Assembly: GCA_046091725.1 (NCBI GenBank)
Contig: JBJTCG010000103.1
Coordinates: 1,210 to 65,209, forward strand
Length of the DNA: 64,000 bases
Direction: 5' to 3'
From: Flavobacteriales bacterium
GTDB taxonomy: Bacteria > Bacteroidota > Bacteroidia > Flavobacteriales_D > Crocinitomicaceae
In this document: positions 55,388 through 64,000 of the stretch, in pieces
How positions within the stretch are numbered: position 1 is the stretch's first letter
Layout of the letters: each line of letters starts with the position of its first letter
The notes under the pieces: generated by a model
What the model was told of the DNA's origin: nothing
Seen by the model: the letters and a program-made list of their open reading frames with translations, nothing else
The model's database searches: none
Translations under genes and position numbers: made by a program

Positions 55388-56662
55388 ATGAAAGTTTTCA
55401 AATTTGGAGGTGCCTCTGTAAAAGATGCCAGTTCGATAAAAAATGTGAGTGCCATTTTAACGCGCTTCGCCGGTCAAAAAATAATTATTGTGGTATCGGC
55501 CATGGGAAAAACCACCAATAAGTTGGAAGAAATCGTTGCCGCGCTCAACGCCAAAGACCAAAAAACTTTTGTGGGTTTAGTAGACGAATTACAACAATAT
55601 CATTTGGAAATTGCCGCTGGGCTTTTTCCGGAAAAGCACTTTCATATTTTTGAATTGCTCGAAGACATTTTTGACGACTTAAGAGCTCAAATTCAAAGAA
55701 ATCATTCTGACAATCATGCCTTTACCTATGATCAAATCGTTTCATTGGGTGAATTATTGTCTAGCAGAATTGTCAACGCTTTTTTACTCGATCAAGGTTT
55801 GAATAGCCATTGGCTAGATGCCAGAACGATTATCCGAACGGACAATAAATACCAAGAAGGCCAAGTAGACTGGGACAAAACAACGAAACTTTGTCAACAG
55901 CTTGTTTTACCATTACTAGAGCAACATGACATTTTGCTTACGCAAGGCTTTATTGGGCATACATCTGAGGGCTTCACCACAACACTTGGCCGTGAAGGTT
56001 CTGACTACTCAGCCGGAATTTTAGCTTATTGTTGTGCTGCCAAAGACGTTACCATTTGGAAAGACGTACCCGGAATGCTCAATGCTGACCCGAAGTATTT
56101 CCAAGACACACAGCTGCTCAAGCATATATCATTTAAAGAGGCAATCGAACTCTCCTATTATGGCGCTAGTGTCATACATCCTAAAACTGTGCAGCCACTC
56201 CAACAAAAAGATATCCCACTCTATGTAAAGTCTTTTCTTGACCCTGAAGCTCATGGAACTACGATCTCTGCAACTGCAATACACGATGCCAGCATTCCGT
56301 CATTTATTGTCAAAAAAGAACAATTACTTATTACGATCAGTTCCAAAGATTTTTCGTTTATCGCTGAGCAACACCTAAGCGAAATATTTGAACGCTTGTC
56401 TCAGCTACAAATATCGATCAATATCATGCAAAATTCAGCTTTGAATTTCTCCATTTTAGTAGACCGCAAAAAAGTAAATTTAACAGCACTTCAAGAGTCT
56501 TTTAAGCAGAAGTTCCATGTCAAGTATAATGAAGGCCTCGAATTAGTTACTATTCGACACTATGACCAGCAAACCATTGCGCAAATGACTGATGGCAAAG
56601 AAATTATTTTAGAACAAAGGACCAGAAATACAGCTCGATTTGTACTCCGTTATTTGGAATGA
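55388..56662 (+). CDS. Aspartate kinase (monofunctional, with C-terminal ACT domains)
   Basis: MKVFKFGGASV start, VVSAMGKTTN, and GREGSDYSA motifs. Confidence 0.9.
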   Translation: MKVFKFGGASVKDASSIKNVSAILTRFAGQKIIIVVSAMGKTTNKLEEIVAALNAKDQKTFVGLVDELQQYHLEIAAGLFPEKHFHIFELLEDIFDDLRAQIQRNHSDNHAFTYDQIVSLGELLSSRIVNAFLLDQGLNSHWLDARTIIRTDNKYQEGQVDWDKTTKLCQQLVLPLLEQHDILLTQGFIGHTSEGFTTTLGREGSDYSAGILAYCCAAKDVTIWKDVPGMLNADPKYFQDTQLLKHISFKEAIELSYYGASVIHPKTVQPLQQKDIPLYVKSFLDPEAHGTTISATAIHDASIPSFIVKKEQLLITISSKDFSFIAEQHLSEIFERLSQLQISINIMQNSALNFSILVDRKKVNLTALQESFKQKFHVKYNEGLELVTIRHYDQQTIAQMTDGKEIILEQRTRNTARFVLRYLE

Positions 56663-56708
56663 ATTAAAATACCTTAAAAGTGGTATCGCCATTTTATAAA
56701 CTGCTTCG

Positions 56709-56716
56709 TAAATTTG
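56709..56716 (+). promoter_or_regulatory. -7 type promoter box TAAATTTG only 3 nt upstream of the feoA ATG
   Basis: Exact TAnnTTTG match. The ORF-track TTG start (56714) lies inside the box. Confidence 0.4.
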
Positions 56717-56719
56717 GGC

Positions 56720-56947
56720 ATGCCAAACACGCTAGATACAATTGCGCTGCACGAACTCGTTGAAATCACTTCCATTACTGAGTCGCCATTTGCATCTAAA
56801 TTGACCGAAATGGGCCTTACAAAAGGTCAATTTATCAAAGCCCTTTTCAAAGCACCTTTCGGAGATCCTATCGCTTTTGAATGCAACGGGAACGTGTTAT
56901 CCATGCGAAAAGAAGAAGCGCGCTTCATTGAAGTCAAATCTGCATGA
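56720..56947 (+). CDS. feoA: Ferrous iron transport protein A
   Basis: 75 aa SH3-like FeoA pattern (L.EMGL.KG..I......PFGDPIAF..NG..LSMRK.EA..IEV), directly upstream of feoB. Confidence 0.85.
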   Translation: MPNTLDTIALHELVEITSITESPFASKLTEMGLTKGQFIKALFKAPFGDPIAFECNGNVLSMRKEEARFIEVKSA

Positions 56948-56974
56948 CGCAATTTTGCTTAGTTTTGTAAGCCT

Positions 56975-58912
56975 ATGAAAATCGCGTTACTTGGAAACCC
57001 TAATACCGGAAAGAGCTCTGTTTTTAACATGCTCACTGGTTTGCGTCAGCAAGTCGGTAATTTCCCAGGGGTAACTGTAGAACTTAGAAAGGGCACAGTA
57101 CAAGCAGATGGCGCCACGCATGAAATCCTTGATTTCCCAGGAACCTATAGCATTTTCCCTAGATCAAGCGAAGAAGCCATTGTTCAAGAAGCGCTTTGTA
57201 ACCCAGCCCATAGCTCACACCCAGAACTCATCTTGTTTGTTGCTGATGCTGCTCAGCTTGAACGCAATTTATTGTTCTTCAGTCAAGTATATGACCTGGG
57301 CATCCCAGTTATTTTGTTACTCAACATGTGGGACCGCGCAATGGCAAAAGGTTATCACATTGACATCGACAAAATTCAAGCCCTGTTTCCTGGCACCAAA
57401 GTGATTCAAACAAATGCCAGAATAAAACTCGGTAAAGAACGCATTTTAACTGAATTAGCACAAATTCAGGCAGCACCAATTTCCAAATTTATAGGTACTG
57501 AAAATCTGCAAACAACAGAGCAACAACTGCAACAAACTGATGCCAACCTAAGGCTTGAAAAAATTAGAAATGCTCAAATTGTTGCATTTGAAAAATCCGA
57601 GCAGCCCAATTTTTCAAACAAACTAGATCAAATTCTTACCCACCCTATTTGGGGTTATGGCATTTTTGCTTGTATTCTATTGATTCTTTTTCAACTGATT
57701 TTCACATTCGCTGCATTGCCAATGGATTTCATTGATGAGCAATTTGTCAATTTCAGTAACTATATAGCTCAACTTTTACCACAAGGATTATTGAGCAATC
57801 TGATCACCCAAGGTTTAATTCCGGGTATTGGTGGCGTAATAGTTTTCATTCCTCAAATTGCAATTCTTTTCTTCTTTATTGCTTTATTAGAAGAAACCGG
57901 ATACTTATCTAGGGTGGTCTTTATCATGGACAGACTCATGCGCCCTTTTGGTCTGAACGGCAAAAGTGTAGTGCCTTTACTCTCTAGTGTTGCTTGTGCC
58001 ATTCCAGGCGTTATGTCTGCTAGGACCATCGCTGACCCAAAAGAAAGACTGATCACAATACTGGTGGCTCCATTCATGAGTTGTTCGGCCAGAATTCCTG
58101 TTTATACCTTATTGATCAGTTTGGTGATTCCTAAAACTTTTCTATTCGGATTTTTCAATCTTCAAGGTTTGGTTTTGTTTGGCCTTTATGCGTTAGGGAT
58201 CATTTTTGCCTTGCTTACTGCTATTCTTCTCAACCTTATTCTGAACAAAGAGAAAAAAGGGTTCCATATCATGGAATTACCTGAATACAAAGGACCTAGA
58301 ATCAGTAATATCGGAATTACGGTATTGGAAAAAGTCAGGCTTTTCGTTACCGATGCCGGTAAAATTATCGTTGCTATTTCAATTATACTTTGGGCCTTAG
58401 CTACGTTTGGGCCTGCTTCTCGTGAAGTTCAATTACAAGCATTTAAGAAGAGCGATGCCTTTCAAAACCTAAGCGCTGCTGAGCAAGAAGAACAATATGC
58501 TGCATTGGCTTTGTCTGGATCTTACATGGGGCAACTTGGTAAAACCATAGAACCAGTTATTGAGCCACTTGGTTACGATTGGAAAATTGGCATTTCATTA
58601 TTGACCTCTTTTGCTGCCCGAGAAGTATTCGTTGGTTCATTGGCAACAATTTACTCAGTCGGTGAAACAGGTTCAAATGACCGCTTAATCGATAAATTGA
58701 AAGACGAGAAAAAATCAGATGGTACCCCGATGTTTTCATTAGCTACAGGGATGTCGTTACTTGTGTTTTATGTTTTTGCCATGCAATGTATGGCGACCCT
58801 CGCGGTGGTAAAAAGGGAGACTAAAACATGGAAATGGCCACTCATCCAATTGGCATTTATGGGTTTCATTGCTTATATCTGCGCATTTTGTACCTTTCAA
58901 ATATTATCTTGA
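56975..58912 (+). CDS. feoB: Ferrous iron transporter FeoB
   Basis: N-terminal G-domain LLGNPNTGKSSVFN and DFPGTYS motifs, followed by a polytopic permease with gate motifs. Confidence 0.95.
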   Translation: MKIALLGNPNTGKSSVFNMLTGLRQQVGNFPGVTVELRKGTVQADGATHEILDFPGTYSIFPRSSEEAIVQEALCNPAHSSHPELILFVADAAQLERNLLFFSQVYDLGIPVILLLNMWDRAMAKGYHIDIDKIQALFPGTKVIQTNARIKLGKERILTELAQIQAAPISKFIGTENLQTTEQQLQQTDANLRLEKIRNAQIVAFEKSEQPNFSNKLDQILTHPIWGYGIFACILLILFQLIFTFAALPMDFIDEQFVNFSNYIAQLLPQGLLSNLITQGLIPGIGGVIVFIPQIAILFFFIALLEETGYLSRVVFIMDRLMRPFGLNGKSVVPLLSSVACAIPGVMSARTIADPKERLITILVAPFMSCSARIPVYTLLISLVIPKTFLFGFFNLQGLVLFGLYALGIIFALLTAILLNLILNKEKKGFHIMELPEYKGPRISNIGITVLEKVRLFVTDAGKIIVAISIILWALATFGPASREVQLQAFKKSDAFQNLSAAEQEEQYAALALSGSYMGQLGKTIEPVIEPLGYDWKIGISLLTSFAAREVFVGSLATIYSVGETGSNDRLIDKLKDEKKSDGTPMFSLATGMSLLVFYVFAMQCMATLAVVKRETKTWKWPLIQLAFMGFIAYICAFCTFQILS

Positions 58913-58933
58913 GATAATTTAGTACATTTCATT

Positions 58934-59077
58934 ATGCAAAACGTACTTGTATTCATTTTTTGTGTTTGTGCAATAGGCTATCTGTCTTACAGATTCTACC
59001 AAAACTTTTTTTCTAAAAAGAACGGCTGTAGTAGCTGCGGTATGTCTACCGAACCAGAGCAAATAAACAAACTGTGA
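58934..59077 (+). CDS. Small (47 aa) FeoB-associated Cys-rich membrane protein candidate; absent from the supplied ORF track
   Basis: Sequence MQNVLVFIFCVCAIGYLSYRFYQNFFSKKNGCSSCGMSTEPEQINKL. It has one TM helix plus a GCSSCG motif. It starts 21 nt after the feoB stop, and its stop overlaps the corA GTG start. Confidence 0.55.
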   Translation: MQNVLVFIFCVCAIGYLSYRFYQNFFSKKNGCSSCGMSTEPEQINKL

Positions 59078-60072
59078 AAAGCGCTCAACTTTATCAATAT
59101 AGTCAAGAATTTTTTGCGGTTCGCAATGAAACTGTCAAACAAATATGTGCTGAATTTGAACCTGCATCTCTCGACTCAGACTATGTTTATTGGCTCAATT
59201 TTCATCACCTCGAAGACCGAGAATCTTTAGAACTACTCTGCCAAAAAATCGGTCTTGATAAATTAAGTATTGAAAGTATTTTTTTACCATTGCGCAGATC
59301 AAAGGTTGAAGAGTACCCGCATTATTTATTTTTTCAAATTCATACCCTGAGTAACAACTCAAATACCGCGAGTGATACAGAGAAGCTCTCCTTTATAATG
59401 GGCAAAAACTTTTTGTTTTCCTTTCAGGATCATCAGGGCAAACATTTCACAGAAGTACGCGAACGAATTGAAAAATCGAAAGGTAAAATTCGGGGCCAAA
59501 AAAGTGATTTCCTTTTGTTCAGATTGTTGGATGCACTCATTGATGAAATCTTTGTCAAGACTGAAAACGTGTCGGATCAAATTGACATTCTTGATACTGG
59601 AATTCATTCAAATATCAAGAGCGGACTTTTGCACGGAATTGAAATGCAAAAAAGGGAATTAATTGAACTAAGAAAACTAACCCAACCCCTCAAAGATTTA
59701 CTATCGGGGTTAGAAAATATGGAGCATCATTTAATTGAACCCGCTAACAAACATTATTTTAAAAATCTCAGAAACAGCTGTACAAGTTTACTTGAAGACA
59801 TCGATGCGCACAAGCAAATTCTGGATAGCCTTTCCAATCTTTACTACGCCGCACAGGGTCAACGCATGAATGAAATCATGAAGGTACTCACGGTTGTCAG
59901 TAGTATTTTTATACCGCTCACTTTTATTGTGGGAGTCTATGGCATGAACTTTAAATACATGCCAGAGCTCGCATATCCTCATGGCTACTATACCGTAATT
60001 GGCGTCATGATTTTTATTGGCATAGCTATGTTAATTTACTTCATCAAACGAGGTTGGCTCAAACGCGAATAG
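59074..60072 (+). CDS. corA: CorA family divalent metal (Mg/Co) transporter
   Basis: GTG start. Two C-terminal TM helices with the signature YGMNF motif. Confidence 0.88.
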   Translation: MKSAQLYQYSQEFFAVRNETVKQICAEFEPASLDSDYVYWLNFHHLEDRESLELLCQKIGLDKLSIESIFLPLRRSKVEEYPHYLFFQIHTLSNNSNTASDTEKLSFIMGKNFLFSFQDHQGKHFTEVRERIEKSKGKIRGQKSDFLLFRLLDALIDEIFVKTENVSDQIDILDTGIHSNIKSGLLHGIEMQKRELIELRKLTQPLKDLLSGLENMEHHLIEPANKHYFKNLRNSCTSLLEDIDAHKQILDSLSNLYYAAQGQRMNEIMKVLTVVSSIFIPLTFIVGVYGMNFKYMPELAYPHGYYTVIGVMIFIGIAMLIYFIKRGWLKRE

Positions 60073-60145
60073 ATGTTAATGAAGTGTTAAATAAGAAATC
60101 TTGAATCGATTGCTCCTTAACTTTCGAATAGTAAAACTGATAAAC

Positions 60146-60589
60146 ATGAAAAAATTATTGCTTTCTTTTGGCGTAGTATTCATGGCAATTCTTGGCCTGA
60201 ACAACGTTAGTGCACAAATTGAAAAAGGTGCTAAAATTGAATTTAACAAAGAAGTTCACGACTACGGGAACATCAAATATGGTGGTGAACCATACTGTAG
60301 TTTTGAATTTAAAAACACTGGTGACGAACCTTTAATCATTTCAAATGCAAAAGGTTCATGTGGCTGTACAGTTCCAGAGTGGCCGAAAGAACCAATTGCT
60401 CCAGGTGCAAAAGGAACCATTCGTGTTAAATACGACACAAACCGTCCTGGCCCAATCAATAAAAGTGTTACTATCACTTCTAACGCAATCAACGAACCTA
60501 ACAAAGTGATTCGCATCAAAGGTGAAGTTGGTCCGGCACCTGAAAGCGGAATGCCTGTCAACAATGCAGGAGCACCAACAAATAATTAA
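60146..60589 (+). CDS. DUF1573 domain protein (secreted)
   Basis: Signal peptide, then the motif F.FKNTGDEPLIISNAKGSCGCTVPEWPKEPIAPG, characteristic of DUF1573. Confidence 0.8.
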   Translation: MKKLLLSFGVVFMAILGLNNVSAQIEKGAKIEFNKEVHDYGNIKYGGEPYCSFEFKNTGDEPLIISNAKGSCGCTVPEWPKEPIAPGAKGTIRVKYDTNRPGPINKSVTITSNAINEPNKVIRIKGEVGPAPESGMPVNNAGAPTNN

Positions 60590-60602
60590 GAAGTTCATTC
60601 AT

Positions 60603-60635
60603 AAAAAAAAGCCGCTTTTCAAGCGGCTTTTTTTA
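60603..60635. terminator. Bidirectional intrinsic terminator between the DUF1573 gene and mtnC
   Basis: GCCGCTT-ttc-AAGCGGC hairpin flanked by A8 and T7 runs. Confidence 0.8.
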
Positions 60636-60658
60636 TGCTCCTAAATTTCGAGCTTTTC

Positions 60659-61387
60659 TTAAATATCTAAAAAGTTTTTGGCGCAATTTGACCATTCTGG
60701 TTTTGTATCAGCCCTTAACAATTGTACAGTTTGCATACCAGCATCTTGGGCTGCCTCTAGTTCGGCCACAACATCAGAAAGGAACAGTATTTCATTTGGA
60801 TCAAGACCCAAAAAATTGGCAATGCTGCTATAAGTTGTACTTTCTTTTTTTGACCCAGTATTGGTATCAAAGTGGTTCGAGAAATGTGCGGTTAGGTCAC
60901 CGAATTCGCTGTATCTAAATAATAGCTTTTGCGCAGCGATAGAGCCCGAGGAAAATACACCGAGTTTGAGCCCAGCTGCGCGCCATTGATTAAGAGCAGT
61001 TGGTACGTCCTCGTATACATGGCCTTTGATATCTCCCGATTCATAAGCGCTTTTCCAAATGAGACCCTGTAGTGTTTTTAGTGGCGTTATTTTGCGGTCT
61101 TGCTCGGACCAAATGCGCAAGTAATGCAACACTTCCTCGGTGGTGGTTAAGTGCTTTTGCTCTTCTTGCTCCACTATTTCTATGACTTCGGCAAAAGCTT
61201 GTTTGACCTCGTTGACTGTTGAGAGTTTGGGTAAATCTTGAATGTGATCCTTGAAGTAAGGAAAAAGTACTTCATAAACAAAACTCACAGAGCTTGTGGT
61301 TCCTTCGATGTCCGTAAGGATATATTTGATATGTTTATCCACGTGAAGGTATTTTAAAATCTGAAAAATTTTGTTCGGTCCCGGCAT
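60659..61387 (-). CDS. mtnC: Enolase-phosphatase E1 (acireductone synthase), HAD superfamily
   Basis: ILTDIEGTTSSVSFV (HAD motif I DxE/DxT) and a FLSDV.ELEAA motif. The start is uncertain. ATG 61387 overlaps mtnD by 53 nt, and GTG 61342 overlaps it by 8 nt. Confidence 0.8.
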   Translation of the reverse strand: MPGPNKIFQILKYLHVDKHIKYILTDIEGTTSSVSFVYEVLFPYFKDHIQDLPKLSTVNEVKQAFAEVIEIVEQEEQKHLTTTEEVLHYLRIWSEQDRKITPLKTLQGLIWKSAYESGDIKGHVYEDVPTALNQWRAAGLKLGVFSSGSIAAQKLLFRYSEFGDLTAHFSNHFDTNTGSKKESTTYSSIANFLGLDPNEILFLSDVVAELEAAQDAGMQTVQLLRADTKPEWSNCAKNFLDI

Positions 61388-61880
61388 CAGTATAATGTGG
61401 TGTCCAACCGGACATATCTGTAAAAATACGGATCGCTTTTACAAATGGATTGTGCTCACCGGCGTCAAACCAATGTTTGGTTCCAGCCGGCACACTGATG
61501 AGATCACCACGCTCACAGAGAACATTGAATACCTCTTGGCCATCAAGATTGAACCAAAAAAGTCCTTGGCCATCGACAAAAAAACGAATTTCATCCTCGG
61601 TATGGATATGCTCTGCCAAAAATTTAGCTCTGATGGCTTCATAATTTGGCGTAGCAGCATGAATGGAAATGACATCTGCGGTTTGGTAAGAACCTTTTTT
61701 CATGAAAGGATCTAAATCTTTGGCATAGGCCGCTAATATTTCTTCTTGCGAGGCGTCATCATTAAAAATAACATCGCAGTGCCATTGCTCAAAATGAACA
61801 CCTAAGTTGTTCAGGTAGTTTCGAATTGCAATAGGATCTTGGAGTTCAAGACCCGTGTTTGGAGCAGATAAAATAGCCAT
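61335..61880 (-). CDS. mtnD: Acireductone dioxygenase (ARD cupin)
   Basis: Cupin metal motif EHIHTEDEIRFFVDG and a later PAGTKHWF. Confidence 0.85.
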   Translation of the reverse strand: MAILSAPNTGLELQDPIAIRNYLNNLGVHFEQWHCDVIFNDDASQEEILAAYAKDLDPFMKKGSYQTADVISIHAATPNYEAIRAKFLAEHIHTEDEIRFFVDGQGLFWFNLDGQEVFNVLCERGDLISVPAGTKHWFDAGEHNPFVKAIRIFTDMSGWTPHYTDAGTEQNFSDFKIPSRG

Positions 61881-61882
61881 TT

Positions 61883-62464
61883 TTAGAGTAAAAATTCACA
61901 TTCGCAAAGGTAATCTAAAGTCTCGAGATGCCTTTGAGCTTCAAAGAGATTTTCACCCCAAGCATAAGTACCATGACCAGCTATAATAAAACAATGCTGT
62001 TGAATAGCGGCTTTGCGTTCTGTTAAGCCAGCACACAAAACCTGCATATCTTGATCGTTATCGACTATTGGTATTTGAAGTGTATCAAGATGTGAGGTGC
62101 AACCTTTAAAGCCTTTTTGTAGCTCATACCCTTGAACACTAAAAAATTGCTCATTGAATTGAGAAATCAGAACCGGAAATTTTGAATGACTGTGCAGAAT
62201 TACTTTGGCCGTCGGAAAATTTTGATAAATCCAAAGATGAATTTGCGTCTCGTCCGAGGGTTTGATACCGTGAAATGCACCGATGCCTTGTCCGTTTTGA
62301 TCGATGGTCATGAAATCGTGCTCGGTAAAGTTGGCCTTATTAACTCCTGAACGCGAAACCCAACATTGTTGGTGTTCATCAATAAATGAATAGTTCGTGG
62401 AAGTAGCCGGTGACCAACCACGTTGATTCAGCGCTTGGATCAGTTGTGCAAGAGCTGCTTTCAT
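61883..62464 (-). CDS. mtnB: Methylthioribulose-1-phosphate dehydratase (class II aldolase/adducin fold)
   Basis: ILHSHS zinc-binding motif and GHGTYAWG. It sits in an operon with mtnD and mtnC. Confidence 0.8.
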   Translation of the reverse strand: MKAALAQLIQALNQRGWSPATSTNYSFIDEHQQCWVSRSGVNKANFTEHDFMTIDQNGQGIGAFHGIKPSDETQIHLWIYQNFPTAKVILHSHSKFPVLISQFNEQFFSVQGYELQKGFKGCTSHLDTLQIPIVDNDQDMQVLCAGLTERKAAIQQHCFIIAGHGTYAWGENLFEAQRHLETLDYLCECEFLL

Positions 62465-62466
62465 GG

Positions 62467-62916
62467 CTATTGGGCCAAAACTTCTTTAACCATTGCTGCT
62501 ATTGCCTTGCCGTCTGCCTTTCCAGCTAGTTTGGCAGAAAGCACCCCCATTAGCTTGCCCATGTCTTGCGGACCTTGCGCACCTGTGCTTGCTTTGGCAG
62601 CCAGCACTTCTGATCGCAATTCTTCTTCAGTGAGCATTTGCGGCAAATAAGCTTCTATGACCTGCGCTTGAAATAATTCTTCAGCAGCGAGGTCTTCGCG
62701 ATTTTGAGCTTGGTACAAGGCATATGTTTCCATACGCTGTTTGTGTAATTTTAAGCAAATTTTGATGGCTGTTTCGTCTGAAACTTCAGAGGAACCACCA
62801 GAAGTTGCCTCGAGTAACAATTTTGACTTGATGTCTCTGAGAGCTGCTAGTTTTTCTTTTTCTCTAGCGAGCATAGCGCTCTTGATGTCCGCATTGATGC
62901 GTTCGGTGAAACTCAT
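62467..62916 (-). CDS. GatB/YqeY domain protein
   Basis: INADIKSAMLAREKEKLAALR start and a C-terminal GKADGK...V motif. It lies immediately downstream of ftsZ, as in many Bacteroidetes. Confidence 0.85.
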   Translation of the reverse strand: MSFTERINADIKSAMLAREKEKLAALRDIKSKLLLEATSGGSSEVSDETAIKICLKLHKQRMETYALYQAQNREDLAAEELFQAQVIEAYLPQMLTEEELRSEVLAAKASTGAQGPQDMGKLMGVLSAKLAGKADGKAIAAMVKEVLAQ

Positions 62917-62918
62917 GA

Positions 62919-64000
62919 TTAGTCTACGTTATCGTGAAGAAAGCTATTGTTACGGAGGCCCGAATTACCATTGGAATCAGTAGCAATGCCAAAACGAGAA
63001 ACTTGTTCTGTGGCACTTGGTTGCGTTTGTTGCAAAGCGATATTGCGACGCACAAAAGCTGGTTCGTTTTCGAATTCGATTATCCCCTCTGGTCTTTTGA
63101 GCTTAGAGGTGAACTCTTGTATTCTAGCAACACGTTCTTGAACCTTACGCATTTGTTCTTCTGGGCTTAGCGTTCTTTTTGGCTCCTCTAGATTTACCTT
63201 TTGAATCGCTTCGTCTTCTAAAATATGCTTAACTACAGGTGCAGCTTGAATCGGATTTTGAACTTCAGCAAACGGATTTTCAACCGGAGCGCTAACTTCT
63301 GTTTGCACATCAAAAACATCCCAAGTCATGGCAGGTTCAGGTTGTGCAGGCTCTACTTCTGAAACCGGCTCAATGGCTGGCTCATCGTAGAGATTAAAAG
63401 TTGTTTTTTCTGCTGCAGACGGAATGAAATTAATTGGTGCAGCAGCAGTTGGTTCAGGCTGAACCTCTTTCATAAAAGGTTCGTCTTGCACTGGTGCTTC
63501 TTGAACTGGAGCTTGAGCTATGCTCTGAAAAGGAGAGCTCAATGGTGCAACAATTTCTTGTTTGTTGTCTTCTTCAAGCACAACAACTGTTCTTTCTTGG
63601 CTAGGTGCTCCTGACATTGGAGAAGAAGAAAAACCAGTTGCAATGATAGTGATGCTGAGCTGATCACCCAAAGAAGCATCTTTGGCATGGCCCCAGATGA
63701 CATCTGCAGTTGAACCTGCAGCTTCTTGGATATAGTCAGTGATTTCAGTGATTTCATCCATCATGACCTCTTGATCACCATAGCTGATATTCAAGAGTAC
63801 ATAACGTGCACCGCTGATGTTGTCGTCATCGAGGAGCGGTGAACTTAATGCAGCTTGTACGGCTTGTAGGGCGCGGTCTTGACCTGATGCAATAGCACTA
63901 CCCATAATTGCATGACCTGAATTGCGCATTACAGTATTGACATCATTGAAGTCAACGTTTATTGAACCAGTAACTGAAATAACTTCAGCAATACCTTTAG
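62919..64000 (-). CDS. ftsZ: Cell division GTPase FtsZ, C-terminal portion; 5' end lies outside the window
   Basis: The frame is open to the window edge (KGIAEVISVTGSINVDFNDVNTVMRNSG...TIIATGF). It has a roughly 235-aa P/E/A/V/Q-rich linker and a C-terminal peptide ending FLHDNVD. Confidence 0.93.
   Translation of the reverse strand, partial: KGIAEVISVTGSINVDFNDVNTVMRNSGHAIMGSAIASGQDRALQAVQAALSSPLLDDDNISGARYVLLNISYGDQEVMMDEITEITDYIQEAAGSTADVIWGHAKDASLGDQLSITIIATGFSSSPMSGAPSQERTVVVLEEDNKQEIVAPLSSPFQSIAQAPVQEAPVQDEPFMKEVQPEPTAAAPINFIPSAAEKTTFNLYDEPAIEPVSEVEPAQPEPAMTWDVFDVQTEVSAPVENPFAEVQNPIQAAPVVKHILEDEAIQKVNLEEPKRTLSPEEQMRKVQERVARIQEFTSKLKRPEGIIEFENEPAFVRRNIALQQTQPSATEQVSRFGIATDSNGNSGLRNNSFLHDNVD

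Noticed and set aside
63230-63560. Repetitive P/E/A/V/Q-rich coding sequence (for example APVQEAPVQDEP) that looks like a tandem repeat.
   Set aside because: It lies in the intrinsically disordered C-terminal linker of FtsZ, between the GTPase core and the conserved C-terminal peptide. Low complexity is expected there. It is not a DNA-level repeat array.

Overview
The window is a dense, roughly 95% coding chromosomal segment. I assign it to Bacteroidota, probably a Flavobacteriia-like lineage. The evidence is 13 exact TAnnTTTG (-7 type) promoter boxes in front of genes, a T9SS C-terminal sorting domain, DUF4494 and DUF1573 proteins, a short Bacteroidetes-type RpoD, and an ftsZ-yqeY arrangement.

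I call 64 protein genes, two of them cut by the window edges (carA at the 5' end, ftsZ at the 3' end). One is a 47-aa ORF that the supplied ORF track missed. There is also one tRNA-His and four clear hairpin terminators.

Most of the content is housekeeping:
- Central and cofactor metabolism: eno, pdxH, cdd, rpe, gpsA, aspartate kinase.
- Replication and transcription: priA, rpoD, dnaE.
- Other pathways and transport: hppD-hmgA, feoAB-corA, mtnBDC.

I found no transposase, integrase, CRISPR array, restriction-modification system, toxin-antitoxin pair or other recognisable defence or mobile module. I cannot honestly point to a clear undescribed system.

The least ordinary parts are:
1. A seven-gene, translationally coupled operon at 35039-40558: ECF sigma, crtI, crtB, idi, pterin synthase, photolyase and Bcp. 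It reads like a single light and oxidative-stress module headed by an orphan ECF sigma factor.
2. A Wzx/Wzy-type polysaccharide locus at 3469-12190 with two Wzy_C-family membrane proteins. It is followed 21 nt later by a T9SS-sorted, Kazal-like cysteine-rich protein.
3. A 1448-aa DnaE carrying an intact N-terminal DEDDh proofreading exonuclease domain.
4. Four genes whose start codon lies only 3-6 nt after a perfect TAnnTTTG box, which makes them candidate leaderless mRNAs.
5. A tRNA-His with two adjacent U-U mismatches in its acceptor stem.

All product calls rest on motif recognition by eye in the translated ORFs. No database search, HMM scan, RNA folding or GC calculation was run.
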